Of a DNA stretch of 64,000 nt, positions 1 to 11,000 are shown one piece after another. The position numbers were made by a program, and so were the translations under genes. Each line of letters opens with the position of its first letter. The stretch's first letter is position 1. The notes under the pieces are model-generated. The model made no database searches, was not told the origin of the DNA, and saw only the letters and a list, made by a program, of their open reading frames with translations. The DNA lies in assembly GCA_950097015.1 (NCBI GenBank), contig CATNEN010000001.1, positions 7,006,001 through 7,070,000 of the forward strand. Direction: 5' to 3'. The DNA comes from Macrostomum hystrix. Lineage: Eukaryota > Animalia > Platyhelminthes.

Positions 1-1167
1 TTCCAGAATATGCTTCCGTCTCTTACAGAATCTGCTTCCGTCTCTTATAGAATCTGCTTCCGAATGTTCCAGAATATGCTTCCGTCTCTTACAGAATCTG
101 CTTCCGTCTCTTACAGAATCTGCTTCCGTGTCTTCCAGAATCTGCTTCCGTCTCTTACAGAATCTGCTTCCGTGTCTTCCAGAATCTGATTCCGTCTCTT
201 ACAGAATATGCTTCCGTCTCTTACAGAATATGCTTCCGTCTCTTACAGAATCTGCTTCCGTCTCTTACAGAATATGCTTCCGTCTCTTACAGAATATGCT
301 TCCGTCTCTTACAGAATATGCTTCCGTCTCTTACAGAATCTGCTTCCGTCTCTTACAGAATATGCTTCCGTCTCTTACAGAATCTGCTTCCGTCTCTTAT
401 AGAATCTGCTTCCGAATGTTCCAGAATATGCTTCCGTCTCTTACAGAATCGGCTTCCGTCTCTTACAGTATCTGCTTCCGAATGTTCCAGAATATGCTTC
501 CGTCTCTTACAGAATCGGCTTCCGTCTCTTACAGTATCTGCTTCCGAATGTTCCAGAATATGCTTCCGTCTCTTACAGAATCGGCTTCCGTCTCTTACAG
601 TATCTGCTTCCGAATGTTCCAGAATATGCTTCCGTCTCTTACAGTATCTGCTTCCGAATGTTCCAGAATATGCTTCCGTCTCTTACAGTATCTGCTTCCG
701 AATGTTCCAGAATATGCTTCCGTCTCTTACAGTATCTGCTTCCGAATGTTCCAGAATATGCTTCCGTCTCTTACAGTATCTGCTTCTGAATGTTCCAGAA
801 TCTGCTTCCGTGTCTTACAGAATCTGCTTCCGTCTCTTACAGAATCTGCTTCCGTCTCTTACAGTATCTGCTTCCGTGTCTTACAGAATCTGCTTCCGTC
901 TCTTACAGAATCTGCTTCCGTGTCTTCCAGAATCTGCTTCCGTCTCTTACAGAATCTGCTTCCGTGTCTTCCAGAATCTGATTCCGTCTCTTACAGAATC
1001 TGCTTCCGTGTCTTACAGAATCTGCTTCCGTCTCTTACAGAATCTGCTTCCGTGTCTTCCAGAATCTGCTTCCGTGTCTTCCAGAATCTGATTCCGTCTC
1101 TTACAGAATCTGCTTCCGTCTCTTACAGAATCTGCTTCCGTGTCTTCCAGAATCTGATTCCGTCTCA
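1..1167. repeat. 22-bp minisatellite (AATCTGCTTCCGTCTCTTACAG and variants), truncated by the window start
   Basis: Direct tandem periodicity; overlapping ORFs cycle through the three frames, as expected for a 22-bp unit. Confidence 0.97.
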
Positions 1168-1849
1168 TAAAAAGCTGTCTTGTTGACGCTGCTATCGCCG
1201 CACATGCGCAACGCACAAGGCATCAACAGCAGAAATTTCTACTTCAGAGAAAACTAGGGAGAAAGTGGTTGTACGAGTGTAGTTCGAGATATTTTTCTTC
1301 GCGCATACACAACGCATGTATTGCTAGAAGAACGTTAATTGTTTTTCAAGTCTTTCAAAAGAAATGATTTACAGCCAAGTCAAGTTGCTAGCGAAAAAAT
1401 ATATTTGAAAAAAACGGTGAAGAATGAAAATGAAAAATATGGTCGATTCGCTATATCTACTTGAAGTAGAAATAAAAGAACATTAAAGCCTTTTATTATA
1501 AAAATATATTTATATATTAACGGTTTTACAAAGTCGCAACTTTAAGTTTAAACGCACTTTTACACTAGAAACGCGACACAAAACAAAAGATTTGGAAATC
1601 AAATAATAAATACATTGCTAGCTCAGTTTAGTTGCATAATTAGTTTGTAAACGAAAACGAAAGAAAAGCAAGTTTTGCATTCAATGTAATATGTAATATT
1701 GATAACTAAGTTTTTCCAAGTAAAAAGCCGAGAAGCATAGAAAATTGAACATAAAATGATAATCATATTTCACTCCTAGAAAAGTGTACTAGAAAAAGTC
1801 ATGAAAAAATATAAATTCTTAGACTCTTAGAGGGTAAGAGAAGAGACGA

Positions 1850-2990
1850 CTCTCAGGATTAGATTAGACTTGATTCTCAGGGTGAGATTATAAACGATTC
1901 TCAGAGTGAGATTAGAGTCGATTCTCAGGGTGAGATTTCAGACGATTCCCGGGGTAAGACAATTCTCTTACAGGGGTGAGATAAGAGTCGAATCTATGGC
2001 TGCGTTTAGAGACAATTCCTAAGTTGAGATTATAGGGGCGAGTGGGTCAGCGGCTAGCGTCGCTGCCTCGCACTCCAATGGACGCTAGTTCGATTCTCCC
2101 TTCAAGTCACGATTTATTTCGGGACTTGTTGGACAGTAGCGACCGGCGGAGGTGCACCATATTTCGTGCAATCAAAGCTTGAAATAATAGCTTCGCTCCT
2201 ACCTTCTGTGTGCCTGTTCTGCGTTGTGTGCGCTGGCGCTGGGGCGTGAGGCCTTGCGGGGGGTGGCTGGAGGGCGGGTGTACACCGCCGCGCGCTTTCT
2301 GGACTTCCGTCAGCGCGATCCCCCTGAGGATTGATTTCTTATCAGCCTTCCGCCCCGGCTTGGTCTGCTCTGTGCGTGTGTGGCTGGGGTGGGGGACACT
2401 GCTGCCTATTCTGGGTGCCTCCTGCCCTCCCCGGCTGGTCTGTGCTGCTGTGTGTGGTGCCTGCTCAGGGGAGGCGGCGCGATGGGCGCAAAAGCGCCTA
2501 GTTCGCCGGTCTGGGGGCGTGCCGCTCCGTCGCTTGTGCGACAAGTGCCCCGGGCCCCTCTACAAAATAGATAGATAGATAGGTTGAGATTATAGAAAAT
2601 TCTCTGGGTGAGATTATACAAAATTCTCTGGGTGAGATTATACAAAATTCTCTGGGTGAGATTATACAAAATTCTCTGGGTGAGATTATAGACAATTCTC
2701 AGGGCGAGATTATAGACAATTCTCCGGGTGAGATTATAGACAATTCTCAGGGTGAGATTATAAACAATTCTCAGGGTGAGATTATAAACAATTTTCAGGG
2801 TGATATTAAAGACAATTCTCAGGGTGAGATTATAGACAATTCTCAGGGTGAGATTATAGAAAATTTTCAGGGTGAGACAAATCTCTGGGAGAGTTTAAAG
2901 ACGATTTTCAGGGTGAGATTTTAAATGAGTCGAATCTCTGGGTGAGATTAGAGATGATTTTTTGGTTCTCAGCGTAAGATTAGAGTTGCT
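1850..2990. repeat. ~24-bp minisatellite (TCTCAGGGTGAGATTATAGACAAT), interrupted by a SINE
   Basis: Degenerate units at 1850-2034 and clean units at 2583-2990. Confidence 0.9.
2035..2582 (+). mobile_element. tRNA-derived SINE (~550 bp) with (AGAT)n tail
   Basis: Head GGGGCGAGTGGGTCAGCGGCTAGCGTCGCTGCCTCGCAC...AGTTCGATTCT has box A/box B-like motifs; GC-rich body; AAAATAGATAGATAGATAG tail; flanking direct repeat GTTGAGATTATA at 2023-2034 and 2583-2594. Confidence 0.8.
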
Positions 2991-3083
2991 ACAAAATACA
3001 GTAAAGATTGCACTTCAAGCAAACACAGTTACGACATGATGAATACAAAAAGTCACATTGAAATAAATGTTTACTGTCTGTTC

Positions 3084-5994
3084 CTATTGGTCCGCGCTGC
3101 CGAATAGAATCTGGCACCTATGCTGATCCCACAGCTGTTGCATAGCATCCAGATTCTGACTGGCGTCCAGAACCAAGACTGGAGCGTTTAGTCTAGCAGC
3201 GGAGTCAGCGCCAAGCAGCCAGCTCTCGTGCAGCTGGTGCAGGCTCTCCAGCAAGGACAGCGGCAGAGGTGCCTCTTCGCTGCGATTCCGCTTAGTGACG
3301 CGTTCGTGACACACAGACGGCGGGCAGCGAAGGTACACGTAGAGGTCAACCTGGGGTGGTTGATCGCAGTTTCAGGAATTGTTTTAAACAACTTGGAAAT
3401 CGGAGTTTATTCGTTGGAGATCATAAAAATCTAGGATCTGAACTCTAAGGGATCTAGAATTCGCACTCTGGGAGATCTGGGATTTGGACTTTTGATGGAT
3501 CTGGGAGTAGGATTTTGGGATATCTGGGATTCGGAAATTTTGGGCGATCTGAGATAGGGAAATTTATGGGATCTGGGATTCGGATTTTTTGGGATCTGGA
3601 ATTCAGATTTTGGGGAATTTGGAATTCAGATTTTAGGGGATCTGGGATTCGGACTTTTGGGGAATCTGGAATTCAGATTTTGGGGAATCTGGAATTCAGA
3701 TTTTAGGGGATCTGGGATTCGGACTTTTGGGGAATCTGGAATTCAGATTTTGGGGAATCTGGAATTCAGATTTTAGGGGATCTGGGATTCGGATTTTTGG
3801 GATCTGGGATTCAGATTTTGGGGGATCTGGGATTCGGATATTTTGGGATCTGGAATTCAGATTTTGGGGAATTTGGAATTCAGATTTTAGGGGATCTGGG
3901 ATTCGGACTTTTGGGGAATCTGGAATTCAGATTTTGGGGAATCTGGAATTCAGATTTTAGGGGATCTGGGATTCGGACTTTTGGGGAATCTGGAATTCAG
4001 ATTTTGGGGAATCTGGAATTCAGATTTTAGGGGATCTGGGATTCGGATTTTTGGGATCTGGGATTCAGATTTTGGGGGATCTGGGATTCGGATTTTTGGG
4101 GATTAAAGTTTTGGGTTTTTGGGGATCTAGAATTTAGACTTTTAGGGGATCTGGGATTCGGATTTTAGGGGATCTGGGATTCGGACTTTTGGGGAATCTG
4201 GAATTCAGATTTTGGGGAATCTGGAATTCAGATTTTAGGGGATCTGGGATTCGGACTTTTGGGCGATCTGAGACATGGATATTTTGGGGATCTGGGATTC
4301 GGATTTTTGGGATCTGGGATTCAGATTTTGGGGGATCCGGAATTCAGATTTTAGGGGATCTGGGATTCGGACTTTTGGGGAATCTGGGATTTAGATTTTG
4401 GGGAATCTGGAATTCAGATTTTAGGGGATCTGGGATTCGGACTTTTGGGGAATCTGGAATTCAGATTTTGGGGAATCTGGAATTCAGATTTTAGGGGATC
4501 TGGGATTCGGACTTTTGGGGAATCTGGAATTCAGATTTTGGGGAATCTGGAATTCAGATTTTAGGGGATCTGGGATTCGGACTTTTGGGGAATCTGGAAT
4601 TCAGATTTTGGGGAATCTGGAATTCAGATTTTAGGGGATCTGGGATTCGGACTTTTGGGGAATCTGGAATTCAGATTTTGGGGAATCTGGAATTCAGATT
4701 TTAGGGGATCTGGGATTCGGACTTTTGGGGAATCTGGAATTCAGATTTTGGGGAATCTGGAATTCAGATTTTGGGGAATCTGGAATTCAGATTTTAGGGG
4801 ATCTGGGATTCGGACTTTTGGGCGATCTGAGACATGGAAATTTTGGGGATCTGGGATTCGGATTTTTGGGGATTAAAGTTTTGGGTTTTTGGGGATCTAG
4901 AATTTAGACTTTTAGGGGATCTGGGATTCGGATTTTAGGGGATCTGGGATTCGGACTTTTGGGGAATCTGGAATTCAGATTTTGGGGAATCTGGAATTCA
5001 GATTTTAGGGGATCTGGGATTCGGACTTTTGGGCGATCTGAGACATTGAAATTTTGGGGATCTGGGATTCGGATTTTTGGGATCTGGAATTCAGATTTTA
5101 GGGGATCTGGGATTCGGACTTTTGGGGATTAAAGTTTTGGGTTTTTGGGGATCTAGAATTTAGACTTTTAGGGGATCTGGGATTCGGATTTTGGGGAATC
5201 TGGGAATCCGATTTTCGGGGATTTGGATTCGGATTTTCGGGGATTTGGGATTCAGATTTTAGGGGATTTGGGATTCGGATTTTTGGGGATCTGGGATTAT
5301 TTTCCCGGGAATCAGGGATTCGGATTTTAAGAATCGGGGATGTATCAGAATTGACTATAGTGTGAGAATCTGGAATCGGAGAGAAGAATTTCGAGGATTT
5401 TGAGGATCAGGGATAACAGAGGAACAATCGCAGCCTTTAACATACCTGCAGAGCCATAGCCCAAGGACCTTTGAGCAGTCGCCTATAATAGCTATCCAGC
5501 ACACCGAGTTCAGCGGAGTGCAGTTGGCCTTGCACAGCCGCATTCTCCATGAAGCAGTGCCTGGCGCTGTGCAGCGATCTCTCCAGCATCTTTACTGGCC
5601 TGTCAGTGGTGTGGCGGTGCATCTGCAGCCTAGTCAGCATGCAGTACAGGTTGAATGAGAAGAACCAGCGCTGCGGATCTTCGTACAGTTTCTGCAGCAG
5701 ATTAACACCGGACACGTTGCACCATTTCTCTAGCGGCTCCGGCACAGGTTCAACAATTGAACTGGATTCATTGGCGGTAGAAAAATAATTCAACATTGTA
5801 CTCTTGCCGGCACCAATGTTGCCTTCGATGGACACCGTGAACTGGCGCCGATGACTCTGGCATGACTCATTAGCTGCTGCTGCTGTGGAGAACATGACTT
5901 TCGATAATTCACTCAAATTGGTTAACATTCTTAACAATGCCAAATAAGATTGGCTGCTGCTGCTGCGACCAGCGGTTCCGAAAAGACGACCCAA
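3084..5994 (-). CDS. Deoxynucleoside kinase (dNK/TK2-like), 2 exons: 5994-5446, 3350-3084
   Basis: P-loop IEGNIGAGKST, EPLEKW, ERSLHS, DLYVYLR and lid RVTKRNRSEE motifs; phase-0 intron CAG|GTATGT...CCCCAG|GTT; start uncertain (AG acceptor directly before 5994, first genomic ATG at 5928). Confidence 0.93.
3430..5340. repeat. 23-24-bp G-rich minisatellite (GGGGAATCTGGAATTCAGATTTT / GGGGATCTGGGATTCGGACTTTT) filling the dNK intron
   Basis: Tandem units with a ~70-bp higher-order period. Confidence 0.95.
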
Positions 5995-6052
5995 CTGGAG
6001 TCAATTGTCAAAGCGATATAATTGATTAAACTACTGGATCCAGGATATGAGT

Positions 6053-7372
6053 AATCTGGGAGAATTGTAGGCTCAAACTGAGGATCTGGGAGAATGGTAT
6101 GAGTCAAACTGAGAATCGGGAGAATGGTAGACTCAAACTGAGGATCTACGAGAATGGTAGACTCAAACTGAGGATCTGGGATGAATGGTAGCTCAAACTG
6201 AGGATCTGGGATGAATGGTAGCTCAAACTGAGGATCTGGGATGAATGCTAGCTCAAATTGAGGATCTGGGATGAATGGTAGCTCAAACTGAGGATCTGGG
6301 ATGAATGGTAGCTCAAACTGAGGATCTGGGATGAATGCTAGCTCAAACTGAGGATCTGGGATGAATGGTAGCTCAAACTGAGGATCTGGGATGAATGCTA
6401 GCTCAAACTGAGGATCTGGGATGAATGGTAGACTCAAACTGAGGATCTGGGAGAATGGTAGACTCAAACTGAGGATCTGGGAGAATGGTAGGCTCAAACT
6501 GAGGATCTGGGAGAATGGTAGACTCAAATTGAGGATGTGGGAGAATGGTAGACTCAAACTGAGGATCTACGAGAATGGTAGACTCAAACTGAGGATCTGG
6601 GATGAATGGTAGCTCAAACTGAGGATCTGGGATGAATGGTAGCTCAAACTGAGGATCTGGGATGAATGCTAGCTCAAATTGAGGATCTGGGATGAATGGT
6701 AGCTCAAACTGAGGATCTGGGATGAATGGTAGCTCAAACTGAGGATCTGGGATGAATGCTAGCTCAAACTGAGGATCTGGGATGAATGGTAGCTCAAACT
6801 GAGGATCTGGGATGAATGCTAGCTCAAACTGAGGATCTGGGATGAATGGTAGACTCAAACTGAGGATCTGGGAGAATGGTAGACTCAAACTGAGGATCTG
6901 GGAGAATGGTAGGCTCAAACTGAGGATCTGGGAGAATGGTAGACTCAAATTGAGGATGTGGGAGAATGGTAGACTCAAACTGAGGATCTACGAGAATGGT
7001 AGACTCAAACTGAGGATCTGGGATGAATGGTAGCTCAAACTGAGGATCTGGGATGAATGGTAGCTCAAACTGAGGATCTGGGATGAATGCTAGCTCAAAT
7101 TGAGGATCTGGGATGAATGGTAGCTCAAACTGAGGATCTGGGATGAATGCTAGCTCAAACTGAGGATCTGGGAGAATGGTAGACTCAAACTGAGGATCTG
7201 GGAGAATGGTAGGCTCAAACTGAGGATCTGGGAGAATGGTAGACTCAAATTGAGGATGTGGGAGAATGGTAGACTCAAACTGAGGATCTGGGAGAATGGT
7301 AGACTCAAACTGAGGATCTGGGAGAATGGTAGACTCAAACTGAGGATCTGGGAGAATGGTAGACTCAAACTA
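6053..7372. repeat. 30/31-bp minisatellite (ACTCAAACTGAGGATCTGGGAGAATGGTAG) with ~421-bp higher-order repeat
   Basis: Tandem units; identical variant series recur at 6421 and 6842. Confidence 0.96.
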
Positions 7373-8066
7373 AAGATAGATTAACTTAAGAATGTAGGGT
7401 ACAATGGACCTAATTAAAACAAGAAACTGAATAGGAAAAAATAGCAGATAAGTATTTAATAACTAACAAAACTATTTATTAACTTATGTATGGCAAATTG
7501 TAAGTCTGCATAGCAACAAATGTAATCACACAAGAATATTTTAATTGCTATTATCACTATTTACACAAGCAATTAAAGATAAGAAAAGTATTAGACAGGA
7601 AGACATGATAAATAAAAGATGGTTACAACAAAAATAGTATGATTGACAGCAAAAAATAAAACTGATATACATAATGTGAGAAAATATCACACAAACAGCT
7701 AGAAGACTGTAAAACCTGTTGTTCTAAAATCTGTTTGCTCTAACAGATGCGAGTATTAAGCCACTATGTAGAGGAAGCAGTGTTTATCGTTATAAATAAA
7801 AAAACAATATCTTAATAGTAAATATCTAAATTGACTAAATACTTGAAGATATCAATGACTTCTCTGTTTAAAATTTCAACTTTTACATCTGCTATGGAAG
7901 AACAGTTTACTGCAGTTCACAGCAAAATTATTTTAATAATTATTAAAACCGCAAACGTAGCGTTAAACTAATTTAACTTTTTTAATTTTCGTGAAGTAGG
8001 CTGTGAGTATTTTGTCTTTCTTCCGCTAAGAAAACAAGTCAATAAACCGACTCAATAATACTCAAA

Positions 8067-11000
8067 TCAAGCCAGTCGTTTAGCAATCCAATCAAAATTC
8101 GGCCTCGAAGCGGACGCTTCAGCCATGCACCTCCATGCCACATCGCGAACTACAGACAGATTATCTGTGCTTGTCAGCGCCTGCTGCTGCTGCTGCTGCA
8201 AGACTTGAAGCCTTTCACCCCGATGCACACGGTTCAAGATGTCGTTAGGTGTTAGCGCTGATTGCCAAGGCGTCGGACGTCGAGGCGAACCGTGCCTTCC
8301 TTCGGGGCTGTGCAGCTCCCAGAGCAGGACGCCGAAGCTCCAACAGTCTGTGGCTTCAGTTGCTGCGGCTGTCGGCTTAGCGTCGGCCAGCGAGATGGAC
8401 AGCTCTAGGAGTTCCGGCGCGAACCAACGAACTAACTCTAGGCTGGAGTTGTGCCTATATTGAACGGATTTTAAGAGCGGATAGGATGAGCACTTGTGTG
8501 AAAATTCGACCGATTTGACAGGTAGACTGACTGACAGGTAGATAGACTGATTGACAGCTATAGACAGACTGACAGACAGGTAGACTGACAGAGTGACAGA
8601 TAGACAGACTGAGTGACAGGTAGACAGACTGAGTGACAGGTAGACATACTGAGTGACAGGTAGACAGACTGACAGGTAGATGGACTGACAGGTAGACAGA
8701 CTGAGTGACAGGTAGACAGACTGACAGGTAGATGGACTGACAGGTAGACAGACTGAGTGACAGGTAGACAGACTGACAGGTTAAGAGAATGAGAATCAAG
8801 TCGCAATGGCAGCAGTTAGATACAATGACAGTTAGACCCACAGACAAACGGCTATTCCTCACCTATCGAATCCGTTGCTAAGCAGATCGGACAATCCGAA
8901 GTCGGACAGTTTAGCAGTCAGAGCGGCAGTCGGCCCAGTGAGTAGGACATTCCTAGCAGCTAGGCGACCGTGCCTCAACCCGCTAGCAGCCAGATAAGCC
9001 ATTCCTTCGGCTGATTGACAACACCAACGCCTGACTTCGGCAGCAGTTGTTGGACATTTTCTGACGTAATCAATAGCCGAACCAACGACAGAAAGCTCAT
9101 TTAGAAGCATCAGTTTGCCAGCATCGCAGCAGATGCCAAAGAAACCGACAACACGCTTGTGTGCTGATACTTTCGCTAATCTGGAACCAACCGTCTTCAA
9201 TGTTGACATAGCCGCTGTTGAATTAGTCGACGGTGAAAATAATTTCACTGCAATGTCAATCTCAGCTGACGATGTCGAAGCCAATAGTCGACCTTTGAAG
9301 ACGTCGATTTTGCCAGACGATGCTGCTGATGAGGCGAATGCTCCAGCGCCAATGCCAACACTGCCGCCAATTTTGGATATCAACAAAACTCTACTGGATT
9401 CAATAATTATTGATTTGGGATTATTGATATTCCCTGTCTCATTGGTTGCAGCAGCAGCAGAATCAGCAGCAGATGCTGGTATGGCACGCTTAAGCGGACA
9501 GGCAATTACATCGGCCGAGTGAGACAAATAATCGATTAGATGGCCTGCCAGGATATAGACAAGATTTTAGATTAAAAATTTCTTAACGAAAAAACTAAAA
9601 ATTTGTCGAATGTTCATTTAAATAAGAGCGTTACGTAATCCCAATCCTAATATCTAGTTTCGTTTCTTGTGTTAAATAATTTGCTTTATTGCTCTGCATT
9701 GCTTCAGTTCACCCAGCTGTTAAATGGGTACCAGCATCAGCTGGGGTAATTCAGGATTCGTGTGGCGTCCCCCCAGTCCATGGACTGAACAGCCGAACGC
9801 AGCCTTCAGATGCGCCGCGCAACAGCTGTGGCTGTGCTGTCGGCTGCACATCTGGCCCCATTGTGGCAGGTGTAATCAATTATTATTATTAAATAAATCT
9901 AATTTACGGATTATTCTCTAAATTATTTAACACTAGTACGCATAATCATTTCTACTTTTATTCATACTTTCTTTGTTCATCTATGCCATTCTCAATTCTT
10001 CAAACTTTTATCCTAATAACAGGAATCCCTAACCTGATTTTTTAGAATTCGAAATGCTATTTCTAAGAACCATTAATCCTATTTCTCAGAATCGCTAATC
10101 CCATTGCTCAGAATCATTAATCTTATTTCTTATAATCAAAGATCCCATTTCTCATAATCAATTATCCCATTTCTCATAATCAATTATCCCATTTCTCATA
10201 ACCAATTATCCCATTTCTCAGAATCAATAATCCCATTTCTCAGAAAGAATTATCCCATTTCTCAGAATCAATAATCCCATTTCTCATAATCAATTATCCC
10301 ATTTCTCATAATCAATTATCCCATTTCTCAGAATCAATAATCCCATTTCTCAGAATCAATAATCCCATTTCTCATAATCAATTATCCCATTTCTCAGAAT
10401 CAATAATCCCATTTCTCAGAATCAATAATCCCATTTCTCATAATCAATTATCCCATTTCTCATAATCAATTATCCCATTTCTCATAATCAATTATGCCAT
10501 TTCTCAGAATCAATAATCCCATTTCTCAGAATCAATAATCCCATTTCTCAGAATCAATAATCCCATTTCTCAGAATCAATAATCCCATTTCTCAGAAGCA
10601 ATAATCCCACATCCCAGAAGCTAAAAAATCGCTAACAGTTCAGCAAAAGCGAGTGACCTCACCCAAGCTGGGAAACCTGGGTCCACCGCCGATGTGCCAG
10701 GCGTCGCGAAGTTTTCTAGGAAACCGGCGCCCACCAACTTCTCCAGTAGCTCCCAGTTGGTCGCCAGCAGCATCGCCGGAAGCCATAGGATAGCCGCCAG
10801 TATCGCAGTCGATCGCATACTTATAGATTGAGCCGCCGCAGGCTAAACACAGTACGAATCGTTTATGCCTTAGATTGGTAGGAAAAGTGGCGCCACTGCC
10901 GCTACTACTTGTAGTAGTGCGACTGCCCGAGCTAGCATTGTCAATATCGTCAGCCGGATGAATAGCAGAAGCGGCTGACGAGTCTGAAGTGTGCAGCCTG

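Noticed and set aside
128-1186. 352-aa and overlapping ORFs
   Set aside because: Translations of a 22-bp tandem repeat with no domain content
3430-7372. Regular 23-31-bp repeats resembling CRISPR arrays
   Set aside because: Units are contiguous with no unique spacers, there are no cas genes, and the context is eukaryotic introns
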